A program made the translations under genes and the position numbers. The notes under the pieces were generated by a model. The model saw only the letters and a list, made by a program, of their open reading frames with translations, had not been told where the DNA came from and did not search any database. 64,000 bases of DNA from a virus: positions 1 through 64,000 of IMG/VR virus record IMGVR_UViG_3300045988_119787; one strand, 5' to 3'. Shown piece after piece: positions 37,213-45,450 of the stretch. Each line of letters opens with the position of its first letter. Position 1 is the first letter of the stretch.

Positions 37213-37869
37213 CTAGCTTTTAGAAGTTTGTGCTCCCAGCTGCTGCAAGGCGATGGTGTACATCTGGGTAGCTTTTGTATCATCGTAAGCAGAGAGCAAC
37301 AGATAGGCGATATAGTAGATGAAAGCATTCTTTAGCATATCCGGAACGGCAATATCGGAAGAAGACTCAGTATTGATGTTCTTTGGAACGCCAACAAAAG
37401 AAACGGTTGCCTCTTCTGCCATTGGCTGTAGGAGAATCCGAATAGGATTTTCCCGAAGGATGGTAGCCTGGGGGCGGTCTTTGGTCCCCTTGGCGGTATC
37501 ATCAAACATCATGAGTGCTTCATCGGAAGTATCTTCTACCGGCACTACAGCCTTGAACCAGTCCTTGCCACGAATGCGAGAGACATTGATAATCTCTGTA
37601 TTGGCATCCATTGAGACTACTCCAATGCCCAGTTGCTCATTGTAGGTAGAAACCTGCAAGGTAGAAGTAGTAGCGCCAATCTTCTTGGAATCAGCCAAGA
37701 CAGCGGAAGAGGATGCCGTGATGGTAAGCCAATGCAAAGCATCATTAATCTTCGACTTGATGATGTTATCCATATACAAATCGTCCTTCTCATCGGTGAT
37801 TTCCGATGTGTTGTTGGATTCCTCGTCTATGCACCAACGTACTGCCTTTATGATTTCCTCTACACTCAT
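37213..37869 (-). CDS. Virion-module hypothetical protein (218 aa), possible head-tail connector
   Basis: ORF track and position between the capsid and fibre genes. Confidence 0.45.
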   Translation of the reverse strand: MSVEEIIKAVRWCIDEESNNTSEITDEKDDLYMDNIIKSKINDALHWLTITASSSAVLADSKKIGATTSTLQVSTYNEQLGIGVVSMDANTEIINVSRIRGKDWFKAVVPVEDTSDEALMMFDDTAKGTKDRPQATILRENPIRILLQPMAEEATVSFVGVPKNINTESSSDIAVPDMLKNAFIYYIAYLLLSAYDDTKATQMYTIALQQLGAQTSKS

Positions 37870-37889
37870 TACACCTTATTATATATATG

Positions 37890-38369
37890 TTACTCGTTTT
37901 CGTTAAAGTCTGGGAAAACAAGACCAGCCTTAGAAGCATGCTTCATGGCAGTAGTAAGGGTCTTGCATTCCTTGTCAAAACGATTATTTACGTAATTGAT
38001 AACCTCGTCTGCTGTGCGAATGTCTCTTACCTCTTCTTTCATTGGAGGCTGAGTTGTCTTCTTGACAGGCTCATTTGCGACTCCCGGCTCAACATTCGGC
38101 TCTAATGCCGCTTTCTTCTCCTCTTCAAGTTTAGCCTTTTCGCCAGGGAACTCTTCTTCCTCATGGTCGAGAACAATGGTGTTGCTGGCAAAAAGCAAGC
38201 TAGACTCAAGTAAATCCTGTGCGTAACGATTACGAAGCGTAATTGATGGATATTTGTTAGTTACCACATTGCCATTCGTAAAATTGTATCGCATTTGATT
38301 ACCGTGCTTACCAAGAAGCAGATAGCTAATATTGTTGTTGTTTACTCTTGCTTTATATGTCTTAATCAT
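37890..38369 (-). CDS. Virion-module hypothetical protein (159 aa), possible capsid decoration or accessory protein
   Basis: ORF track; immediately downstream of the putative major capsid gene. Confidence 0.45.
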   Translation of the reverse strand: MIKTYKARVNNNNISYLLLGKHGNQMRYNFTNGNVVTNKYPSITLRNRYAQDLLESSLLFASNTIVLDHEEEEFPGEKAKLEEEKKAALEPNVEPGVANEPVKKTTQPPMKEEVRDIRTADEVINYVNNRFDKECKTLTTAMKHASKAGLVFPDFNENE

Positions 38370-38387
38370 ATTTTCTAATTTTAAAAC

Positions 38388-38416
38388 GGAGGCAGGGCAT
38401 TTGAACCTCTGCCCCC
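38388..38416 (-). terminator. Hairpin after the putative capsid gene (attenuator or RNA-stabilising stem)
   Basis: On the minus strand GGGGGCAG pairs with CUGCCUCC (8 bp including one G-U), then a U/A-rich tract. Confidence 0.35.
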
Positions 38417-38448
38417 GTGGATATATATTTGGATGATAGAGACTCCTG

Positions 38449-40143
38449 TTACTGAGCTACATCCTGACCTGTATAGACAGTCCAAGCGCTGCCGGTATAA
38501 TAGTATACAGTACCAGCCTCGTACGTAACATCATCAGTAGGAGAATTAGTACCCTTCTTTACGTAGTCCTTTGTAAGAGCAACCTTCATGCCCTTTGCAG
38601 GAGTATCAGGAAGTTTATTCATTGAAATGATAGCATTGAGCGATTCAGTTGCAATCTTTGCGATTCTATCCTTTGGACCAACCAAGATAGAGTTGAAGCC
38701 ACGAAGTGCAACAGAATCTGCCTCCTGATGAATCCAACGCTTAGCGTCACGAACTTCGCCACCACCCGTAGACATATCGTTGGTCTGTTCCTTCTTGCCA
38801 ATCTTCACGTAACGTCGAGAAGCCTTAGGGTCAAAGATTACCATAAAGTCGGACATACCCACAAGGTCGAGATTCTGACACCAGACGAAATCAAGCGAGC
38901 CGAATGTATCCTTGAAACGTTTGAAGTTAAGATCAAACTCGTTATGATTGATGAAGTCATTCTGGTGGCTACCCTCCAGCTTGATATTCTCCAAACGCTC
39001 AATAGCATTCTTTCCGCAGAATGCGAAGCAGCGGTTGTTCTCTGAGAACTCAGTAAACTGGAGCTTAGAAATTGCGATAAGGTCAGCCAATGTATAGGTA
39101 TCGTCAATACCGTAGGTATTTGTCAACTGGTTAATGATACCCTCAGAGGTATAAACGTCCTCTATCTGACCATCACCCGTTTCTACCTTGAAACGAGACT
39201 TACAGCCTAAGAGGTAAGTACGCTCTGCACGCAGATTATACTTGATGATTGCGTCTGTTTTAAGGTCGGCAACAGTAATAGGCTGCTCCTTCTTAACCTT
39301 CTCGTAATCATCGGTGAAGACAATGTTCAAAAGCTTCTTCTGAACATATACTTCCTTCTCACGTGGCTGATAGTTCTCTGGGGTAATTGTAAGCTGAGAC
39401 TCGGATGCAGCAGAAGATGCAGCAAGGAATGTGGCGCCAACAGGAATCTCAGGACAGGTCATGTTGTCAAGATTCAAGCGTGTATCGCCGGCATTCTTTG
39501 GCTTACCATTAACCGCCTGAAGAGTAGCCTTCTTGCCGTTAGCTTCGATAACAAAGAGCATCAGATAACCCTCTCGCTTCTCCTGAGAGCCTTCTGCGTA
39601 ACCAGCTACTTCCGGAACGATAACGGTAGTGCCCTTGTAGAATGGACGAATAGAGCCAGAGAAATTGGTTGAGTTAATCTCAATGGTGTCTCCAGTTTCG
39701 ATTTTTACGGTAACCTGACCATCAAGAGTATCACCACCAACACGCATGTGCGAGATTGACCAGTTACTGATTGTGACGGTCTTAGCCATACGGCGAACGA
39801 TTGAAAGGATCGGTGTCTTATAAGGGTAGAACTGAACAATCTCCTTATCCCATTCCTTATCAAGCAAACCGCCCTCTTTAAGCTGAGTAGAAGAAGCCTG
39901 AGAGCCTGTAAGGTCTTGACCATCTTTATTGCCGCCTGGACTAAGGCGATCAGACTTGCCTGCCTCTACTGGTTCGGTAGCCTTAACGGTTGCATCGCTT
40001 GCAAGATTAGGACCTTCGTCACCAATCTGAGGTTCAACGAGATCTGCCATAGCCATTGCGCCACCGCCTGTAACTACTGCAAGAATCATCAGAATCATCT
40101 TACAGATGAACTGAGTAGAAAAATAATTAATTACTTTCTTCAT
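38449..40143 (-). CDS. Putative major capsid protein (564 aa; true start may be an internal Met, e.g. MAMADLV)
   Basis: Size, position directly after the acidic scaffold-like gene, and divergence from the portal operon. Not confirmed by any motif. Confidence 0.5.
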   Translation of the reverse strand: MKKVINYFSTQFICKMILMILAVVTGGGAMAMADLVEPQIGDEGPNLASDATVKATEPVEAGKSDRLSPGGNKDGQDLTGSQASSTQLKEGGLLDKEWDKEIVQFYPYKTPILSIVRRMAKTVTISNWSISHMRVGGDTLDGQVTVKIETGDTIEINSTNFSGSIRPFYKGTTVIVPEVAGYAEGSQEKREGYLMLFVIEANGKKATLQAVNGKPKNAGDTRLNLDNMTCPEIPVGATFLAASSAASESQLTITPENYQPREKEVYVQKKLLNIVFTDDYEKVKKEQPITVADLKTDAIIKYNLRAERTYLLGCKSRFKVETGDGQIEDVYTSEGIINQLTNTYGIDDTYTLADLIAISKLQFTEFSENNRCFAFCGKNAIERLENIKLEGSHQNDFINHNEFDLNFKRFKDTFGSLDFVWCQNLDLVGMSDFMVIFDPKASRRYVKIGKKEQTNDMSTGGGEVRDAKRWIHQEADSVALRGFNSILVGPKDRIAKIATESLNAIISMNKLPDTPAKGMKVALTKDYVKKGTNSPTDDVTYEAGTVYYYTGSAWTVYTGQDVAQ

Positions 40144-40163
40144 TTTATACTTATATTTATGGA

Positions 40164-40949
40164 TTAATTACTTCTAATATCATCAAAGAAACTTTCACGT
40201 TTCTGTTTTCTGGCAGGCTTGTTTCCTGCACCCGAACTAGACAGCGAAGGAGGAATGCCCTCTGCTGCAGAAGAGCGGACCTTATTCTGAATCTTCTCAT
40301 TTCGGGCTTGCATGGCAGCCTCTTCACGTGCGGAAGAAATATCAGAATCGTAGTTGTAGGCATTCTTGAAGAGATTCCATGTCTCGGAAGAGATATTGCC
40401 CTCTTCTGCATCCTGAATGACGCCCCAAACCTTACCGTAAAGGTCGTTTGCCTCATCATCGGAAAGACCTAACTTTAGCAAAGCCTCATAAGACTTTCTC
40501 ATATTTTCATCCAACTGCTGGCTGTGCTTCTCCTGCTCGGCTACCTTCTCTTGGAACTTGACAATCTGATCGGCAACCTTCTTGGAAAGCTCTTCATCTT
40601 CAAGAGCAGCCTTGATGTCAATACCCTGCGAAGCCATCCACTCCAATGGGTGCATGCCCTTGCGTGTAGCATCAAGAACCATGGCGCCAAGCCACTTGTT
40701 GTTGTCAAGCATCTTACTCAATGCCTGACCGTTCTTTTCATACTCGCCGAGTCTGTCAGCATCATCATTCATGGCAGCATAACGGGCTTCCTTGTCTTCG
40801 AAGTCGATGTCAGAATGGCGCTGCGAGAAACGCTTGGAGAAGGCTGTACGATTAGGTCGCTCGTCAACAGGTGGAGTCTCCTGCTCTGCTGGAGCTTCCT
40901 GCTGCGTAGCATCCTCTGCGTTCATTTTTTCTAATTCTTCTTTTGTCAT
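40164..40949 (-). CDS. Putative scaffolding protein (acidic, helical; start moved to the ATG at 40949, since the track start 40979 is a TTG inside the -7 box)
   Basis: E/D/K/A-rich helical sequence. First gene after a late promoter and immediately upstream of the capsid gene. Confidence 0.5.
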   Translation of the reverse strand: MTKEELEKMNAEDATQQEAPAEQETPPVDERPNRTAFSKRFSQRHSDIDFEDKEARYAAMNDDADRLGEYEKNGQALSKMLDNNKWLGAMVLDATRKGMHPLEWMASQGIDIKAALEDEELSKKVADQIVKFQEKVAEQEKHSQQLDENMRKSYEALLKLGLSDDEANDLYGKVWGVIQDAEEGNISSETWNLFKNAYNYDSDISSAREEAAMQARNEKIQNKVRSSAAEGIPPSLSSSGAGNKPARKQKRESFFDDIRSN

Positions 40950-40976
40950 AGTTATAACTGTTTGAAAACTTTTCGG

Positions 40977-41017
40977 CAAAAATGCAAAGAAAACAAAGAA
41001 GTTTTGCGGTGTTCCAA
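40977..41017 (-). promoter_or_regulatory. Late promoter copy 2 (leftward): TTGGAACACCGCAAAA element plus -7 box CATTTTTG
   Basis: Minus strand reads TTGGAACACCGCAAAACTTCTTTGTTTTCTTTGCATTTTTG; 33-nt offset. Confidence 0.6.
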
Positions 41018-41036
41018 ATCAGTATATATCAGCCGA

Positions 41037-41077
41037 TTGGAACACCGCAAAGAAAGCTTTGATTTTACCTATTTTTG
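41037..41077 (+). promoter_or_regulatory. Late promoter copy 3 (rightward): TTGGAACACCGCAAAG element plus -7 box TATTTTTG
   Basis: TTGGAACACCGCAAAGAAAGCTTTGATTTTACCTATTTTTG; 33-nt offset; 30 nt upstream of the portal ATG. Confidence 0.65.
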
Positions 41078-41106
41078 CGCCTATAATTAACAATGTGTAA
41101 ATAAAT

Positions 41107-43125
41107 ATGGCAAAGGCAAAGTTATTAACACTTAGTAGAGTGATGCCTCGGCATAACAAATATGATTCGGTCAAGGCTCGAAAGCGGAGACAGGAGCACG
41201 GCAAGGACTGGGAGCTTCTTACCCGATGTAAGAACGACTGGAATAACCTGAGTGGCGTAAGGGAGACGAGAGCAAGAACCATGAGATACTGTAACGGTGA
41301 ACAATGGAGCGACACCATCAGAGTTTATCATCGTGGCTATTGGGAAGAAATGTCTGAGAAAACCTATATGCAGAAGCGAAATCAGACACCAATGAGCAAC
41401 AACATCATGATAAGTATCTTGGAATCTATTGCCGGTCTCTACGCCAAGCAGGGCACGGAACCCGTCTGCTTTGCAAGAGATAATGACTCCCGACAACTGA
41501 GCGACATGATGAGTGCTACGATGCAATGCAACTGGCAGACCACCGGCATGCAGGATTTACTGAATCACCTTATCAAGGATTATCTGCAGGGCGGTCAGAT
41601 GTTCGTGAGGGAAAGCTGGGAAGACCGAGAACTTGAAATGCCCGATGCTTGGACGGACGCAATGGAACCGGACCACATGTTCTTTGAGTGCGGAAGCGAC
41701 CCAAGACACAATGACGTTTGTCTGATAGGTTGTCTGCATGACGTAAGCAAGGAAGACCTGTATCAGAAGTTTGCCAGAAGGGAATACGGACTGACGGTTG
41801 ATGATCTGAATAGGATTTTTGACATTCATGATGTAGACGATAGCAGTTATGGCTACGAGTTCAACGAGGAAAAGGCTTTGGACAATCTCAGCTTCGATTA
41901 CACCAACAAGGGCAGACACTACGTAAGAGTGATTGAGGTATGGAGTACGGAAACCAAGCCTAGACTGCAATGCTTCGACCCTATTGCCAAGAACATGAAC
42001 AACGCTTGGTTCCGTGTGGATTTGGAAGACACGGCTATGATAAACAAGCTGATTCAGGAAAACGAGAAGCGCAAGAAGCAGTATGATGAATACGGTGTGC
42101 CGGAAGAAGACCGTGCCTACATCACATCGGAAGATCTTTCTGATAAATACTGGTACTATACCTTCATGGCTCCTGACGGTACGGTCCTCTGTCGTGGCGA
42201 ATCTCCTTACGATTTCAAGAGTCACCCATACACCATGAAGCTTTATCCGTTCATCAACGGAGAGATTCATCCTTTCATGACCAACGTGATAGACCAGCAG
42301 CGCTACATCAACCGCCTGATCGTGATGAACGACATGAGTATCAGAAGCAGCTTCAAGGGATTCAAGATGATTCCTACAACCGTACTGGGTGGAAGAACAC
42401 CAGAGCAGTTCATGGAAGAGGCAATAGAATACGATGGATGGATATTCTACACACCAAAGAGAACGATGCCGAACGTGAAGCCAGAGATTATCACTTCGAA
42501 TGCGGTAAACATCGGAACAAACGAACTCTTGCAGATAGAGCTGAACCTTATCAGAGAGGTGACCAACGTGAGCGGTGCCTTGCAGGGCAAGACTCCTTCG
42601 GCTGGTACATCGGCTGCAAGATATGCACAGGAGAGTCAGAACGCAACCACTTCGCTCTACACCATCCTATCCGATATGGAGATTTTTACGGAGAAGCTGG
42701 CAATGAAAAAGTGCTCAGTTATCCAACAGTTCTACGAGGACGGAAGAAAGATTTTCAACAAGGACGGTCTGAACACCTACAGCTATGACAGGCTATCAGC
42801 AAGAGACATTCATTTCAAGATAAGCATCAAGAATGCAGCTGCATCTGCTGCCTTCAACACTTTGCAGAATGACGACTTGAAGGAGTTGCTGCAGATGGGT
42901 GCAATCAACCTGATTCAGTACTTGCAGAATGTAAACAAGCCTTATGCAGACAAGTTGCTTGCCAGCGTGCAGGAACAGCAGGCGCAGCTGGAACAGATGT
43001 ATCAGCAACAACAGGCGATGGCTCAACAGCAAGGAGGCGGTCAGGTAGTAAATGGCGTGGTACAGGGTGCAGACCAGAACGCAGTGGCACAAGCTATGAA
43101 TTTGTATAACAATCAAGCAGCATAA
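41107..43125 (+). CDS. Portal protein (672 aa)
   Basis: RYCNGEQWSD and NNIMISILESIAGLYAKQGTEPVCFAR are portal-like N-terminal motifs. Size, Q-rich C-terminus and location in the head module agree. Confidence 0.7.
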   Translation: MAKAKLLTLSRVMPRHNKYDSVKARKRRQEHGKDWELLTRCKNDWNNLSGVRETRARTMRYCNGEQWSDTIRVYHRGYWEEMSEKTYMQKRNQTPMSNNIMISILESIAGLYAKQGTEPVCFARDNDSRQLSDMMSATMQCNWQTTGMQDLLNHLIKDYLQGGQMFVRESWEDRELEMPDAWTDAMEPDHMFFECGSDPRHNDVCLIGCLHDVSKEDLYQKFARREYGLTVDDLNRIFDIHDVDDSSYGYEFNEEKALDNLSFDYTNKGRHYVRVIEVWSTETKPRLQCFDPIAKNMNNAWFRVDLEDTAMINKLIQENEKRKKQYDEYGVPEEDRAYITSEDLSDKYWYYTFMAPDGTVLCRGESPYDFKSHPYTMKLYPFINGEIHPFMTNVIDQQRYINRLIVMNDMSIRSSFKGFKMIPTTVLGGRTPEQFMEEAIEYDGWIFYTPKRTMPNVKPEIITSNAVNIGTNELLQIELNLIREVTNVSGALQGKTPSAGTSAARYAQESQNATTSLYTILSDMEIFTEKLAMKKCSVIQQFYEDGRKIFNKDGLNTYSYDRLSARDIHFKISIKNAAASAAFNTLQNDDLKELLQMGAINLIQYLQNVNKPYADKLLASVQEQQAQLEQMYQQQQAMAQQQGGGQVVNGVVQGADQNAVAQAMNLYNNQAA

Positions 43126-43128
43126 GAT

Positions 43129-43620
43129 ATGGAATTACAGATAACGATAGACTGGAGTCATGTCAAGAATGCAGTAAAGAAGCATCTTGCCATCATGGGC
43201 AAAAGGCAGAAGAACCCGGAAGGGAACACTGCCTTTGCTGGAATCACCCTATCAAGTGCGGAAGAGGACGTGATGAAGCAATACATCAATGCTGCCGTGG
43301 AAACCTTTGTGGGAGAAATGGCGCAGCTGGTAACCTATTATGATAGTGGCGATTTTCTGATATTTAAGATAAACAATTCACGCTGGGCAGGGACAGAGAC
43401 GAGCGTAACGGTTCCATTCGAAGGGAATCTGATAGGCTATGTTGTGGCTTACGTGGCAAACGCCGTACTGGGAATGAATTATCCGGAGCTGGCAAAGAAG
43501 TATGAGAGCGACATGAGCAATCACCTGAATGCCGCCATCAAGCTGGTTTTTCACAAGACCCCACCGGCAAGCAGCAACACAAGTTTGACAGACATGACTG
43601 GCGAAATAATAATTGACTAA
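43129..43620 (+). CDS. Putative head-tail connector/adaptor (163 aa)
   Basis: LSSAEEDVMKQYINAAVETFVGEM resembles gp6-like connector proteins. Follows the portal gene. Confidence 0.4.
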   Translation: MELQITIDWSHVKNAVKKHLAIMGKRQKNPEGNTAFAGITLSSAEEDVMKQYINAAVETFVGEMAQLVTYYDSGDFLIFKINNSRWAGTETSVTVPFEGNLIGYVVAYVANAVLGMNYPELAKKYESDMSNHLNAAIKLVFHKTPPASSNTSLTDMTGEIIID

Positions 43621-43632
43621 AAAGGATAAGTT

Positions 43633-44424
43633 ATGATCATAAAATTTCAAATTATCAAATCGGTAGTGATGGAGGCAGTAAAGTCGACAACCTACCTGAA
43701 AGCAAAGATAGATACTGCGGCAGACGAAAAAGCAGCGAAAGTAAGCTTTAACGAGGCTGCCGGCGACGATGAGGTTCACGAAAGAACGCTGACCCACGAC
43801 TTTGATACAGCATTGGAAGTATTGAAGACCATCTTCGTAGACTATCTTGTACCAACGCCTCAAACTATTGGCGACAACGCCATCTACTACGGAAGCAGAA
43901 CGGATGATATAGTGGAGTTCACCCTATCAGTATCAAGACGTTATAACGGAACGCTGACCGACGCGCTGGCAAGGCTGTCAGCAAGATACGTGGAGGACTA
44001 CATGATATACCAGTGGTGGCTGAAAACAACAAACCTGAAACAAGCGGAGCCATACCAAGCTACACTTGCATCAGATGAGATAGCCATCAGAAAGTGCTTC
44101 GTGATGAGTGGTCCGCTGGTCCCAAAGGTTCCTTATTCTTCCACATTGACCGCCAAGGTTGACGGAAGCGACACGGACGGTGGCGTTACAATAGCAGTAG
44201 AGAACGATGAAGTGACCCTATCCTACTCTATTGACGATGGGGCTATTGACGATATTGAGGCAAGAAGCAGCGACCCTTGTATCTTGGAAGTTCACAGAAT
44301 GCAGGAGCCTCATACCTTTTGGCTGAAACCGCTGAACACTGGAGTGGCTTACGTGACATTATTCTCACGTCACAGCGACAATCTGAAAAAGGAAATAGAA
44401 GTAACCATAGCAAAGGAGGTATAA
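43633..44424 (+). CDS. Virion protein (263 aa) with an Ig-like (Big_2-like) C-terminal domain
   Basis: C-terminal VTLSYSIDDGAIDDIEARSSDPCILEV...GVAYVTLFS pattern. Confidence 0.4.
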   Translation: MIIKFQIIKSVVMEAVKSTTYLKAKIDTAADEKAAKVSFNEAAGDDEVHERTLTHDFDTALEVLKTIFVDYLVPTPQTIGDNAIYYGSRTDDIVEFTLSVSRRYNGTLTDALARLSARYVEDYMIYQWWLKTTNLKQAEPYQATLASDEIAIRKCFVMSGPLVPKVPYSSTLTAKVDGSDTDGGVTIAVENDEVTLSYSIDDGAIDDIEARSSDPCILEVHRMQEPHTFWLKPLNTGVAYVTLFSRHSDNLKKEIEVTIAKEV

Positions 44425-44425
44425 G

Positions 44426-45034
44426 ATGGAGTTCAATTCATTACACCCTACGCATTTCCTCAGAGAGAAAGGATGGAAGCCTGAGCCAAATCCTTTCCTT
44501 CCGAAACCTCCACGTCCTGCCCATGTGTATTTCGACAAGCACATCTTTATCTATTCCAACCAACTTTGGTATGATATAGATGCAACAACCCACATGATGG
44601 GCAGAGTAAGACAGGAGAGCGACCCAAATATAGCGAATACCGTTCCGACAAGTGAGAACACGCAGGAAAGACCACTTTTCTATAGATGGTTCGACAAATA
44701 CCTGAAAAAGGCAGAAGGTCTGCTTTCTGCCTACATCATGAAACCGCAGGGCGTGGTAAGAGACAATGCCTTGAAGGAATGGGATGAGAAGGAAATGTGG
44801 CTGAGGATGCCAGATTACTGGGACGATGCAAGACTAGACGAACTGGTGCAGGCAATACATCATTATATATCAACAGGCGCTCTGTATGAATACTTCCTGC
44901 TGACATTGACAAGCAAAGACCCGCTGACCGTTGACAAGGCTACACAGCTGGAAGACGATGAGCTGGAGATTCTAGACGCAGCCAATGCCAGCAAGCCGGG
45001 TGGAATGATTCATACATTGAAGCCATTTGGATAA
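44426..45034 (+). CDS. hypothetical virion-module protein (202 aa)
   Basis: ORF track; 1-nt gap from the previous stop. Confidence 0.5.
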   Translation: MEFNSLHPTHFLREKGWKPEPNPFLPKPPRPAHVYFDKHIFIYSNQLWYDIDATTHMMGRVRQESDPNIANTVPTSENTQERPLFYRWFDKYLKKAEGLLSAYIMKPQGVVRDNALKEWDEKEMWLRMPDYWDDARLDELVQAIHHYISTGALYEYFLLTLTSKDPLTVDKATQLEDDELEILDAANASKPGGMIHTLKPFG

Positions 45035-45051
45035 AAAGGAAAGGAAGGCTT

Positions 45052-45450
45052 ATGGAAGATTTGGAATATGACGAGTTTAAATCGGTAAGGGAATTTCAGA
45101 AGGAGAAGAAGGAAAAAGCCAAGACCATTCTTCCGGCAAGGAAGAGTGCGCAGAAAGAATATATCAGAGATTTCCTTGCAAGGAATCAGGAAAAGTTTGA
45201 AGAGTGCATGGATCAGCTGGCAGAATATGACCCTAAGACATACGTCACCATCTACAAGGACCTGACCAAACACATGATACCTAAGCAGAGTGAGGTAAGC
45301 GTGACGCATGGACTGGACGAAGACTTCAAGCAGCTGGCAGCACTGGCACAGACCAAGACAGACAACAATGCCTTGGACGTTACGCAAGTTCCGCAGATAA
45401 TGGATGCGGATTTTGAAGAAATAAAGGAGTTGGGCGATGGCATTAGTTAG
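45052..45450 (+). CDS. Candidate small terminase subunit (132 aa)
   Basis: Position only: a small charged protein whose stop overlaps the TerL start. Confidence 0.3.
   Translation: MEDLEYDEFKSVREFQKEKKEKAKTILPARKSAQKEYIRDFLARNQEKFEECMDQLAEYDPKTYVTIYKDLTKHMIPKQSEVSVTHGLDEDFKQLAALAQTKTDNNALDVTQVPQIMDADFEEIKELGDGIS

Noticed and set aside
39990-40143. N-terminal hydrophobic segment of the putative major capsid protein read as a signal peptide or TM anchor
   Set aside because: It is more likely a start-site artefact, since internal Met codons (MILMIL, MAMADLV) follow. A membrane-anchored capsid protein is implausible. It is left as start uncertainty rather than a feature.
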